This document shows, in pieces, positions 10,734 to 20,282 of a stretch of DNA of 33,330 nt. The stretch is from contig CAZSYD010000026.1 in NCBI GenBank assembly GCA_964611355.1, forward strand, positions 1 to 33,330, read 5' to 3'. The notes under the pieces were generated by a model. The model searched no databases and had not been told where the DNA came from. It worked only from the letters and a program-made list of their open reading frames with translations. The DNA is from an uncultured Ignavibacteriales bacterium. GTDB lineage: Bacteria > Zixibacteria > MSB-5A5 > GN15 > JAAZOE01. Position numbers and translations under genes: made by a program. The number at the start of each line of letters is the position of its first letter. The stretch's first letter is position 1.

Positions 10734-10980
10734 AAAGATATAAAGCCGCCGGAACTTTCATTCCTTCGGTGACCATCGGGCGGCTGAAGTCGCCATAATC
10801 GGGCTTTATCGAACTGTTTCAACCCGCGAAAGAACCGGTCAACCAATTGAATTGAGCTTACTTCTCAGTTGACGAATTGGATTTCAGCAATAGCGGAATT
10901 TTTATGCCGGCCGAATGATATCCGGCCGGATGACAAACATGGAAATATCGGTTGATTTTTAATAGTCGGCTGAACCGAAA

Positions 10981-11074
10981 TGTCTTTAGTGTTACAAATC
11001 TTGCATAGATAATACCGGTTTTGCACTCCCCGAAATCTCTTTCCTGATTATTTCTTGTATGTATATCAACAAGA
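10981..11074. promoter_or_regulatory. Two TGT-N10-ACA candidate enhancer (bEBP) sites
   Basis: TGT-ctttagtgtt-ACA (10981-10996) and TCTTGT-N10-ACAAGA (11053-11074), 250-340 bp upstream of the sigma54 site. Confidence 0.4.
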
Positions 11075-11130
11075 TACAATAGAAACCCGGCGTTTTTGTA
11101 TCCGGCACATCGTTTGAGCGACAGGAGTTC

Positions 11131-13443
11131 GTGCACATATATGGTTTCGTAAATCGACTTCTGCTGTTTTTTGGACTTATGGCCGCAATGTTTTCCTTTT
11201 TTCCGGCCGCGGCTTCAGCCTCCGATCGGGTTATCTCCGGTATGGTTACTAATACTGTCGGGGAACCGGTTGCAGGGGCGTCCGTTCTTATCCTGGCTGA
11301 CGACAGTCTGATAACGGGAATAGCCACCGATCTTAAAGGCTACTATCGACTGGGGTTTTTGGCCATAAATTCGGACAACCTAACGGTAAAGGTTTCGTCA
11401 ATCGGTCATATCTCGCAAGGAAAAATCGTTCAGGCTGATTTTGATAGTCTGAGTCTGGATTTTCAGATTGATAATAAAGATATAGATTTCGGCCAGGTCG
11501 TGGTAGCGCCACAGGCAGAACCGGCTTTATCAAAATTGACTTTATCTCGCAGCGAAATAGCCGAAGTCTCCATGTATTCCCTGGTTCCGTCCAATCCGGT
11601 CAGCGCCATACGTCAGCCACAGGTGGCGCGGCAGGGTTCTTTTCATTCCTCTAAAATCAGGATCAGCGGAACCAGTCCCAAGTATTACCTGAACGGAATC
11701 GAAATAGGCCGGGACCCAAACCATTACGGTATGTTTTCCATAGTGCCCGGTTCGGTGGTGGACAGAATAATGATGTACCCAAAGGGGACGCCGGCCCTTT
11801 ATGGTTTACCGGCCATAGTGGAGATGAAAACGCCCCGCCCTTTCCGGCGACACATCGGAGGAGATATTGAAGTATCGCTGGTTGAGGCGACCGGTTCGGC
11901 GTCTATTGGCGGTGAGCGGTACTATGTTTTAACCTCCTTGCGGAAGTCCGTATTGGACAAACTTGTTTATCGCTTCGATATCCATTCCGACCGGCGGACA
12001 ATTCCCCCGACCAATTTTCAGGACCTGTTTTTCTCATCGGGGTGGCGACTGACGGACAACTCCGAAATTCTGGTTGATCAATATCAAATCCGCGATTTTT
12101 TGTCATACCGAACCGAGCCAACGACTGCTAATCCGAATGGCATTGATACTTATCAGAAAACCGATGAATATTATCTGGGAACACGCCTGGTGAAAAGTTG
12201 CGGGAGCGCCCTTATCAATTTTCACGGTTCGTATCAATCAACGCACGAGGAATACCATAGTATTCCTGTTGATGTGTCCGGGGGAAGCGGCTTACATGTC
12301 GCTCTTGACGCGGGTCAGCGAATCGGCATCGCCGGCATAGAAGCAAATTTTTTCCCTGATCAGATGGAGCTGACGTTTGGGGGACAGCTTCATTACACCC
12401 TTCGGCGAGCGATAGATATGACCCAGACCAACTGGAACTTCCTGCCGCCGGATGTGGCCAGCGATAATCCATATCTGTATCAGCCGGAATTGAACCAGAT
12501 CTTCGGCCGATATAAGCAGGAAGATAAAGAGTTGGACGGCACCGGGTATTTCATTTATAAAAGGCATTTTAAGCAATACGAGATAGAATCCGGCGTCCGT
12601 TTCGAATATTTCAGCCGTCTTCGCACGCCATCGGCTCTTTTATTTCGCAATTCCATAATTTTCGCAACCGGCCGGGACAGTCGGGCGGAACTTTTCTTCG
12701 GCACTTTTGCCGAAAACCCGGCTGGAAAAGTACTTGAATCTTATCAGGTTTTAATTCATGCCCGCCTTGATGAGTTGGAGCCGATCCGAACGAAATTGGT
12801 TTCACTTCGCTATTGTATCGGTCCGATTACTATCGGGGCCTTTAAAAAACAAATCTCGAACCTTCCACTGGTTGTTCCCAATTACGCTTACCTGACGCCC
12901 AAGGGTAAGGTTGAGAATGGTTTCATTTCGGTACAATCCGAGGGACAGGCGGGTTTCGTTGGCGGCGACATTTCATTTAAGGTCAAAGATATGCTCTCAT
13001 CGCGCCTTGACCTGTCTGGTTTCTACAGCTACAGCAACGCAAAAAAGTACCACGCCAATTCCGTCATACGGTACGAGCTTGACGCCACCCATACTCTGAA
13101 TTCACGCGGCGATTTTCGACTCAGCAAGATGGTCTCCCTGGGAGCGGAATTAACGATCAGATCAGGCTATCCGTATACTCCGGCCTATACGGATGAATTG
13201 TTTACAGATGAAAGCCGATATAGCAGGGAGTTCTATACCAGAGCAATATCTCGAGAAAACTCCCTGCGTTTTCCGGCTCACGTCATGTTTAATATTCGCG
13301 CCGTATTCGATATTGGTCGCGGTGATCTGTTTCTTGCGGTTTCCAATCTTACCAATCATGACAATCCGATAGTAAGCACTACCGACGGTTTCATCTACGA
13401 TACCGGAATTCTGCCCAGCATCGGAATTAAGTATTCTTTCTGA
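11131..13443 (+). CDS. TonB-dependent receptor with N-terminal carboxypeptidase-regulatory-like domain
   Basis: Signal peptide; ISGMVTNTVGEPVAGASV..TDLKGYY; plug-like region; beta-barrel with RSGYPYT and C-terminal KYSF; GTG start with AGGAG SD (short spacing, start uncertain). Confidence 0.85.
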   Translation: MHIYGFVNRLLLFFGLMAAMFSFFPAAASASDRVISGMVTNTVGEPVAGASVLILADDSLITGIATDLKGYYRLGFLAINSDNLTVKVSSIGHISQGKIVQADFDSLSLDFQIDNKDIDFGQVVVAPQAEPALSKLTLSRSEIAEVSMYSLVPSNPVSAIRQPQVARQGSFHSSKIRISGTSPKYYLNGIEIGRDPNHYGMFSIVPGSVVDRIMMYPKGTPALYGLPAIVEMKTPRPFRRHIGGDIEVSLVEATGSASIGGERYYVLTSLRKSVLDKLVYRFDIHSDRRTIPPTNFQDLFFSSGWRLTDNSEILVDQYQIRDFLSYRTEPTTANPNGIDTYQKTDEYYLGTRLVKSCGSALINFHGSYQSTHEEYHSIPVDVSGGSGLHVALDAGQRIGIAGIEANFFPDQMELTFGGQLHYTLRRAIDMTQTNWNFLPPDVASDNPYLYQPELNQIFGRYKQEDKELDGTGYFIYKRHFKQYEIESGVRFEYFSRLRTPSALLFRNSIIFATGRDSRAELFFGTFAENPAGKVLESYQVLIHARLDELEPIRTKLVSLRYCIGPITIGAFKKQISNLPLVVPNYAYLTPKGKVENGFISVQSEGQAGFVGGDISFKVKDMLSSRLDLSGFYSYSNAKKYHANSVIRYELDATHTLNSRGDFRLSKMVSLGAELTIRSGYPYTPAYTDELFTDESRYSREFYTRAISRENSLRFPAHVMFNIRAVFDIGRGDLFLAVSNLTNHDNPIVSTTDGFIYDTGILPSIGIKYSF

Positions 13444-13556
13444 TGCGAAGGGCGAGGATTTCGCGATTTTTCGCTTTTACCGCCCAACTCTTTCCCTTAT
13501 ATTAAATTGCTGTTTACGCAACTCAAACGATTATTTTGCAGTGTAAAAGAGGTCAT

Positions 13557-14912
13557 TTGAAAACTCCATTGATGAAATCGACATCCGGTATTCGGGGGAT
13601 TATCGGAAAGTCACTTGATCCGCCGACCGTTATTCGGTACGCCGCCGCCTTTGGCCGGTTTCTTAAGAAAGGTAAAGTGATTCTTGGGCGCGACAGCCGC
13701 CCGTCGGGCGCCTTTTTTTCTGACCTGGTAAGCTCTACACTAGCCCTGACCGGCTGCGAAATAATTGACCTCGGCATTGTTCCGACGCCGACAGTTGAAT
13801 TGGCAATAATACACCATAAAGCTGCCGGCGGGATCGCTGTTACCGCCAGCCATAACCCCTCCGAGTGGAACGCTCTCAAGTTTTTCAGCTCAAAGGGCGA
13901 GTTTATCACCGGAAGCCAGTATGCCCGCTTGGAAAAAATTACGTCGACGGAAAAATATACTTATGCTCCCCACAACCGGCTCGGTTCGATAGCGTTTGAT
14001 AATAAAGCGATTGAAAGACATATCAAGTCGGTTCTTGAAATCAAAGCCGTATCCTCGGCAAAGATCAGAAAACGAAAATTTACGGCTGTCGTTGACGCCA
14101 TAAACGGGGCCGGGTCGTTGGCTTTGCCCTTATTATTGGAAAGGCTGGGAGTTAAGGTCATCAGGCTGAATTGCAAAGGCGACGGCGACTTCTTCCGTAA
14201 TCCGGAGCCTGTTGCGAAGAATTTGACTCAGTTGGGCAAAGCCGTTGGCAGGCATAAGGCCGACCTGGGGTTGGCCTGCGATCCTGACGCCGACCGGCTG
14301 GCGCTGGTCGATGAGAAGGGACGACCGATCGGCGAAGAGTTGACGTTGACTCTGTCGGTCGTTTATTACCTGTTGAAAAACAGAGGCCCGGTAGTAATAA
14401 ACCTGTCCACCTCGCGAGCCACGGCGGACGTGGCGAAGATGGTGGGCTGCAAGGTATTCTACAGTCCGGTAGGCGAAGCCAATGTCATTGCTGAAATGCG
14501 CAGGCGAAAGGCGATCATCGGCGGGGAAGGTAATGGCGGCGTAATTCTCCCGGAATGCCATTACGGGCGCGACGCTCTGGTCGGGGCCGGCCTGATTCTC
14601 TCGCATCTGGCCGAGACCGGCAGGAGCCTGTCGCATCTGGCGGGAACGATTCCGGCCTATTGCAATATAAAGAAAAAAGCTCCACTGCCGGGTCAATTCG
14701 AGCGTAAAATAAACAGGGTTGAGAAAGAGATAACGTCAATCTTCGGGCGGGTGAAGACAGACCGCCGCGATGGCCTTCGTTTTGACCTGAATGAGGGCTG
14801 GATTCAAGTCAGAAAGTCAAATACCGAACCTGTATATAGATTAATCATTGAAGCCCGATATGAAAAGCTGGCCCGAAGGCTGGTTTCTCTGGTTCGAAAG
14901 GCTCTTGGATAA
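13557..14912 (+). CDS. glmM: Phosphoglucosamine mutase (alpha-D-phosphohexomutase family)
   Basis: SGIRG, GRDSR, TASHNP, DPDADR, GGEGNGG, RKSNTEP; directly upstream of glmS. Start placed at TTG 13557 after AGAGG SD. Confidence 0.9.
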   Translation: MKTPLMKSTSGIRGIIGKSLDPPTVIRYAAAFGRFLKKGKVILGRDSRPSGAFFSDLVSSTLALTGCEIIDLGIVPTPTVELAIIHHKAAGGIAVTASHNPSEWNALKFFSSKGEFITGSQYARLEKITSTEKYTYAPHNRLGSIAFDNKAIERHIKSVLEIKAVSSAKIRKRKFTAVVDAINGAGSLALPLLLERLGVKVIRLNCKGDGDFFRNPEPVAKNLTQLGKAVGRHKADLGLACDPDADRLALVDEKGRPIGEELTLTLSVVYYLLKNRGPVVINLSTSRATADVAKMVGCKVFYSPVGEANVIAEMRRRKAIIGGEGNGGVILPECHYGRDALVGAGLILSHLAETGRSLSHLAGTIPAYCNIKKKAPLPGQFERKINRVEKEITSIFGRVKTDRRDGLRFDLNEGWIQVRKSNTEPVYRLIIEARYEKLARRLVSLVRKALG

Positions 14913-14923
14913 GGAATAAAGCC

Positions 14924-16750
14924 ATGTGTGGGATCGTCGGGTATATCGGATATCAGAAAGCGACGCCGATTTTGATTGAAGGCCTCAAGCGGCTGGAATA
15001 TCGCGGTTACGATTCGGCCGGAATCGCCCTTATTGAAAACGAAGGCTTGATACATGAGAAAACGGCCGGCAAGGTTAACATCCTGGAGAAGCATCTGGCT
15101 AACCGGTCTTTTCAGAGCCACATCGGTATTGCTCACACCCGCTGGGCCACTCATGGCGAGCCGACCGATATCAATGCCCACCCACAACTGGACGACACCG
15201 GCAATATCGCCGTGGTGCACAACGGAATCATTGAGAACTATCGGGCCCTGAAGAAAGTGCTCGAACAAAAGGGGCACAAAATCATATCGGAGACGGATAC
15301 CGAGGTCATAGCTCACCTGATAAGTATATATTATGAAGGGAATCTGACCGAGGCGGTCAGGCTGGCGATGTCCCAGGTTGAGGGAACTTATGCCATTGCC
15401 GTCATCGACGCTCGCACACCCGGCACGATTGTGGCCGCTCGCAACGGTGCGCCGCTTCTGATCGGCAACGGCGATAGGGAAAATTTCGTGGCGAGCGACG
15501 CCGCGGCGACTCTCCGATATACCAATAAGGTCGTTTATCTGGAAGACAAGGAAATCGTTACTGTTACAGCCGAGAGCTTCAACATATCGACCATCGAGAA
15601 CGTCGAGGTTACTCACAAGGTCGAGGAGATCGGCTGGACGCTGGAGATGATCGAAAAGGCCGGGCACGACTATTTTATGCACAAAGAAATTCACGAGCAG
15701 CCGGAAACCCTGTACAACGCCATGAGAGGGCGGCTGAATTTCGAAGAGGGAACGGCGCGCCTTAACGGCCTGACCGATTATCTGGACGATCTTTCCCGAA
15801 TCAGGCGGATTATTATCACCGCTTGCGGAACCTCGTGGCACGCCGCTTTGATCGGCGAGTATATGCTGGAGGAGTATGCCCGCGTTCCGGTCGAAGTGGA
15901 GTATGCTTCCGAATTTCGTTACCGCAATCCCCCAATTGACGAGGGCACGGCAGTTCTGGTTATCTCGCAATCCGGCGAAACGGCTGATACCCTGGCGGCC
16001 ATGCGGGAGGCTCAACGGCGAGGGGCCAAAGCGTTCGGGATTGTCAATGTCGTAGGCTCGACCATCGCCCGCGAAACCGACGGCGGAGTATATATTCATG
16101 CCGGGCCAGAGATCGGCGTCGCTTCCACCAAGGCTTTCACTTCACAGATTATGGTTCTATCCCTTATTACCATCCTTTTGGGCCGAATGCGCAACATCTC
16201 GGCCAATATGGGCAAGGAAATGATTGAGGCGCTTGAATCTATCCCGAAGAAAATTCAGACGATTTTGGATACCGAAGATCAGATTCATCAAATTGCTGAA
16301 ATGTATTATAAGTATAACAATTTTCTCTATCTCGGCCGTGGTGTTAATTACCCGGTGGCGCTCGAAGGAGCGCTGAAGCTAAAGGAGATTTCATATATTC
16401 ATGCCGAGGGATATCCGGCGGCGGAGATGAAACACGGTCCGATTGCATTGATCGATGAAAATATGCCGGTGGTGGTTATCGCCACGCGGGACTCGATTTA
16501 TGACAAGGTGATGTCCAATATCGCCCAGGTAAAGGCACGACGGGCCAATGTTATCGCGATTGCCACCGAGGGGGATACCGAGATCGCCGACAGGGTCAAC
16601 CATGTTATTTACATCCCGCATATCAAGCAGATTTTTACGCCGCTTCTGGCCGTGATACCATTGCAGCTTCTGGCTTATCATATGGCGGTTTTGCGAGGCC
16701 GCAACGTCGATCAGCCGCGGAATTTGGCCAAGTCGGTGACGGTGGAGTAA
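14924..16750 (+). CDS. glmS: Glutamine-fructose-6-phosphate aminotransferase
   Basis: MCGIVG, LEYRGYDSAG, HTRWATHG, SQSGETADT, KHGPIAL, PRNLAKSVTVE. Confidence 0.99.
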   Translation: MCGIVGYIGYQKATPILIEGLKRLEYRGYDSAGIALIENEGLIHEKTAGKVNILEKHLANRSFQSHIGIAHTRWATHGEPTDINAHPQLDDTGNIAVVHNGIIENYRALKKVLEQKGHKIISETDTEVIAHLISIYYEGNLTEAVRLAMSQVEGTYAIAVIDARTPGTIVAARNGAPLLIGNGDRENFVASDAAATLRYTNKVVYLEDKEIVTVTAESFNISTIENVEVTHKVEEIGWTLEMIEKAGHDYFMHKEIHEQPETLYNAMRGRLNFEEGTARLNGLTDYLDDLSRIRRIIITACGTSWHAALIGEYMLEEYARVPVEVEYASEFRYRNPPIDEGTAVLVISQSGETADTLAAMREAQRRGAKAFGIVNVVGSTIARETDGGVYIHAGPEIGVASTKAFTSQIMVLSLITILLGRMRNISANMGKEMIEALESIPKKIQTILDTEDQIHQIAEMYYKYNNFLYLGRGVNYPVALEGALKLKEISYIHAEGYPAAEMKHGPIALIDENMPVVVIATRDSIYDKVMSNIAQVKARRANVIAIATEGDTEIADRVNHVIYIPHIKQIFTPLLAVIPLQLLAYHMAVLRGRNVDQPRNLAKSVTVE

Positions 16751-16802
16751 AAGCCTGTCTCTGCCTATTTCAAAGTGGAGATTGTAATATAAAGTCCGAA
16801 AT

Positions 16803-16832
16803 AAAAAGGCGCAGGATTTCGCCCGCGCCTTT
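16803..16832. terminator. Bidirectional terminator between glmS and the TonB receptor
   Basis: AAAGGCGC...GCGCCTTT stem with flanking A/T tracts. Confidence 0.7.
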
Positions 16833-16853
16833 CTAAATAACTACTATCTACGG

Positions 16854-19232
16854 TTAATGCACATCGATCCGAAAACCGCCGTAGATGATGCGTCCGTAAA
16901 CCGGAGCGTACATAAAGGCGGCGTCGTCGGTATGCTTCTCCTGCTGGATGTAATTGGTCAGGTTCCTGCCGCCGATATAGAGCGTATAGCAGTCAAGAAA
17001 GGTATATGATACCCTGGCGTTGAGAATAATAAATGATTCAGTCTCCTTGATCTTAGTCGGTTCCTCATCGTCCATGAAGTAGTCGATGAACATTTTGCCC
17101 TTGTATTGACCGTCAAGAATGAATCTCCAGTCAAGTGGGGAATATTCAACTTTTAATCCGCCCGCCGTCTCGGGATACCGCGATATCTTCCTGCTTTTCT
17201 CCTCGTATTCGGTACCGATCCAGTCACTTCTTGGATTGTCATACTCGCCTTTGTTGTAGGCGAAATCGACCGCAAGGGCAAGATCGGGTGTGACCGCCGA
17301 TTTGGCTCCGAATTCGGCGCCCATGACAAAGGCATTGTCGACATTTTTCCATTGATAGGAATATCCAAGGTTTTCAATTTCCGGACCGGCATCGGTGAAG
17401 TCGATCTTGTTTTTCAGATCGGTTCGGTACAGGCTGAGATTGAATGACATACGGGGCAGGGCATAATCGGCCGAAACGCTGAAACTGGTTGACCTCTCCG
17501 GCTCCAGATCGGCGCCTTTCCAGATTCGAGGCGACCCGCTGCAGAGATGCATATCTTCCGAAAAACCGTAGGGTACCCTGAACCCGGTGCCGAAACTGCC
17601 GCGCAGGGTCAATTCCGGAGCGGGTTTGAACTTTACGGCAAATCTCGGATTGACGGACGTTTCGTCGAATTTCGCCGGTTGGTAATCCAGAGAAGCGACG
17701 TCGGCGGACCCCCGGAAATTGTCTTTGGATTTATGATGGTCGACCCTGACGCCGCCGACCAGTTCGAGCTTATCGGTTACCGCAAATTCATCCTGAACAT
17801 AAGCGCCGAATTCGTCTGCTTTTTTCTCGCTGTATGAAGTGTATCCGTTTCCTTCGTCATCAATGTATCGGCCGGACTCTTCAAGCTCGTTATGCATAAT
17901 CTGTGCGCCGGCGAGGACTCGATGCGATCCGGCCATTGGGTGAACATAGTTGATAGTGGTGGCATACAGGTTCTCTTTGGCAATATAAGGGCGCACGTCG
18001 TCAACGGGGGGCAGTCCACCGTTGGCGGCCTCATAATCGCTAATGTATGTATCATTGGTGGCATTGCGTTTGTGCCGGGTAAACGAAAAGTCGATATTTA
18101 ACTCGTCGCCGGTACGGAACTGTTTTTCATAACCGACGGCCCCGGTAAAGCGGTCGGTAATGATGCGTTCGGTGCCGGGAGTAAACGGGTTTTCCCAGGC
18201 GTCGTCAATAAGTTCTCCGCCCTGGCGTATTTCGTGGAGTGATCGACCTCGTAAGGTCAGTACATCAGTTTCGGAGAGGTCTTCAATATAGAGGTTAAAA
18301 CCAAGGTTTTTCGAATTGGTTCGGACTCTGTCGGTGACGCCGTCTGGATTCTCTACCTCGTCCGAGGTCAAGCCGTCGCCGGTCTGATCAATCTCGTTGG
18401 CCTTGTTCTGTTGGCCGAAAACGAAAAATGCAAGATTCTCGTTCCGGATACCGGCCGCTACCTCGTATTTATTGGTGGAGTATTCACCGAACTCGACGCC
18501 CACGTGTCCCTTGGTCTTCTGGGGAATGGAAGAGATTATATTTATCGCTCCGGCGATGGCGTTGCTGCCGTATAGTGCGGAACCGGCTCCCTTGACTACC
18601 TCGATTTGATCGATGTCGGCCGTGCCCAACTGCTGCAATCCGTAAACCGACGCCAGCCCGGAATAAACCGGCTGACCGTTCAGCAGGATTTGAGTATGGT
18701 CGGCGCCCAGCCCCTGCATGCGCAGAACGCTGAAATTGCAGAACTGGCATTGCTGTTCCACGCGGATGCCCGGCGTGTTGTCGAGAGCTTCGTAAAGGTT
18801 ATGGGCAGCCTTGTCAATTATTTCCTGTTTCGTGATAACCTCGGTATAGACCGGTGTGTCCTTGATGTACCGCGGCGTCCTGGTGCCGGTAACAACCATT
18901 CCCTGCATTTCAAGGGGGCTTTCTTCGAGAGCGAATTTGATCGTTTCGGTTCCGCCACCCTCAAGGCTAACCTTTTTAACGCCGGTGGCATAACCGACCA
19001 TGGTAACAATCACCCTATAGGTTCTTGGGCCAAGTTTGCCGATAATGCCGATACCCTCCTGATCGGTGATCGCGCCGCGATTGGTGCCTTCTATGGTAAC
19101 ACTGGCGCCAGGCAGCGCTTCGCCGGTTCCGGCGTCAACTACGCTGACCCTGATGCCGGCGCTTGGCATAGCCAGAGCCAGACTGCATAAAAGCACGCAG
19201 GCTGTGCTTATGACTGTTATCGTTCTATACAT
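16854..19232 (-). CDS. TonB-dependent receptor, putative metal or metal-complex uptake
   Basis: Signal peptide, carboxypeptidase-like N domain, VVTGTRT, plug with EQQCQFCNF and IEVVKGAGSALYGSNAIAGAINII, barrel loop EDMHLCSG. Confidence 0.93.
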   Translation of the reverse strand: MYRTITVISTACVLLCSLALAMPSAGIRVSVVDAGTGEALPGASVTIEGTNRGAITDQEGIGIIGKLGPRTYRVIVTMVGYATGVKKVSLEGGGTETIKFALEESPLEMQGMVVTGTRTPRYIKDTPVYTEVITKQEIIDKAAHNLYEALDNTPGIRVEQQCQFCNFSVLRMQGLGADHTQILLNGQPVYSGLASVYGLQQLGTADIDQIEVVKGAGSALYGSNAIAGAINIISSIPQKTKGHVGVEFGEYSTNKYEVAAGIRNENLAFFVFGQQNKANEIDQTGDGLTSDEVENPDGVTDRVRTNSKNLGFNLYIEDLSETDVLTLRGRSLHEIRQGGELIDDAWENPFTPGTERIITDRFTGAVGYEKQFRTGDELNIDFSFTRHKRNATNDTYISDYEAANGGLPPVDDVRPYIAKENLYATTINYVHPMAGSHRVLAGAQIMHNELEESGRYIDDEGNGYTSYSEKKADEFGAYVQDEFAVTDKLELVGGVRVDHHKSKDNFRGSADVASLDYQPAKFDETSVNPRFAVKFKPAPELTLRGSFGTGFRVPYGFSEDMHLCSGSPRIWKGADLEPERSTSFSVSADYALPRMSFNLSLYRTDLKNKIDFTDAGPEIENLGYSYQWKNVDNAFVMGAEFGAKSAVTPDLALAVDFAYNKGEYDNPRSDWIGTEYEEKSRKISRYPETAGGLKVEYSPLDWRFILDGQYKGKMFIDYFMDDEEPTKIKETESFIILNARVSYTFLDCYTLYIGGRNLTNYIQQEKHTDDAAFMYAPVYGRIIYGGFRIDVH

Positions 19233-19236
19233 CTTT

Positions 19237-19316
19237 GCTTCTCCTTCCAGAGGCTGGTTTTGTGTCTATGTAAATCGCAAAACAGACCGCAGACGGCCCG
19301 TTACCAAAGGAGAAAC
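19237..19316 (-). promoter_or_regulatory. Anti-SD/SD stem sequestering the receptor ribosome-binding site
   Basis: mRNA GUUUCUCCUUU (19316-19306) can pair over 11 bp (2 G-U) with GAAGGAGAAGC (19247-19237), the SD of the receptor. Confidence 0.7.
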
Positions 19317-19702
19317 GGGGGAGCGCGATTGGAATTATCAAAGTAAATATTTCGACTTAGATCGACTTTCCCTGAGAGGAAAGAAATAAAAATAACTATT
19401 ACGAATATAATCAGGGCATTATTTAAGGACAATGTTGCCTTATATAACGCATGCGAATATATGCCATATATAATGTATTCTTTTTTTGTATGTGAATGAT
19501 GACGGTGGTCTTTCGATTCTTCCGCGTCGTCGTGACCGACAGGATGGCTGTGGACAACAACTCTGCCGTCAGGCAGCACATGCATATGTATCGAGTAAAA
19601 ATTCGACGATATGAAGCCGGTCAGGCTGAGGAAGACAAGAATGGACAGCAGCCTGAGCAGGCGATCATTTAACCGGGTATTTTTCGTCGCCCATCCAACC
19701 AT
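19301..19702 (-). CDS. His-rich membrane leader protein with C-terminal RAPP arrest motif (133 aa)
   Basis: ATG 1 nt after the DtxR stop; hydrophobic segment, HMHVLPDGRVVVHSHP..DHRHHSH, second hydrophobic segment, ends NRAPPFLLW. Confidence 0.8.
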   Translation of the reverse strand: MVGWATKNTRLNDRLLRLLSILVFLSLTGFISSNFYSIHMHVLPDGRVVVHSHPVGHDDAEESKDHRHHSHTKKEYIIYGIYSHALYKATLSLNNALIIFVIVIFISFLSGKVDLSRNIYFDNSNRAPPFLLW

Positions 19703-19703
19703 T

Positions 19704-20222
19704 TTAGCTTGATTCGATCCTTTGCCGGTACTGCTCAAGAGATTGGGACAGGCAGCGTTCGCATTTCTTTCGAGTAGGTATGCCGTGCTCACAGCGATAC
19801 CTGAATTCCTGAAGCCATTCAACTCCCGCGCGGGGGCAGGTTTCGATAAACTCGGCGAATTCGGTCAATCTTTTAAGAATCTGAGGCGGCATAGCGTGTT
19901 CCATTTTACAGGCGGTCTCGTCGGAAATCCTGTCGTCTATAAACAGAACTTTCGTAAAGAAATTCAGAAGAGCTTCATGTCTGCGGACAACGTCTCTGGC
20001 CAGCGTCTTTCCTCTGGGCGTCAGGGTAATTATCTCGTATGGGGCGTAATTAATCAGCTTTTTCTCGGCCAGACTGCGGAGAGCGCCGCTGACCGACGAC
20101 ATTTTGACTTTCAGTCTTCTCGATATATCCCTGGTCCGGGCCGCCTGCTTTTCGGAGACGATATGATAAATCGCCTCCAGGTAATCTTCCATGCCGGCGC
20201 TGAGTTTGGTTGATGACGTCAA
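19704..20222 (-). CDS. DtxR/MntR-family metal-dependent repressor with Cys-rich tail
   Basis: MEDYLEAIY, SVSGAL..L, Y..I.LT..G, RRHEALLNFF, ACKMEH. Start reassigned to TTG 20222 after AAGGAGG SD. Confidence 0.93.
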   Translation of the reverse strand: MTSSTKLSAGMEDYLEAIYHIVSEKQAARTRDISRRLKVKMSSVSGALRSLAEKKLINYAPYEIITLTPRGKTLARDVVRRHEALLNFFTKVLFIDDRISDETACKMEHAMPPQILKRLTEFAEFIETCPRAGVEWLQEFRYRCEHGIPTRKKCERCLSQSLEQYRQRIESS

Positions 20223-20282
20223 ATTATTCTCCTCCTTCAACCGTTTTGGAACGGCAAATACTATTGAGGCCTGCCGAATACT

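Noticed and set aside
11103..11118. sigma54-like CGGCACATCGTTTGAG before the first TonB receptor
   Set aside because: It has GA instead of GC at -12, and the implied TSS would fall downstream of the SD.
14912..14924. glmS ribozyme
   Set aside because: Only 11 nt separate glmM and glmS, leaving no room.
19703..19822. ORF-track N-terminal extension of the His-rich leader
   Set aside because: It overlaps the DtxR gene; the ATG at 19702 right after the DtxR stop is more plausible.
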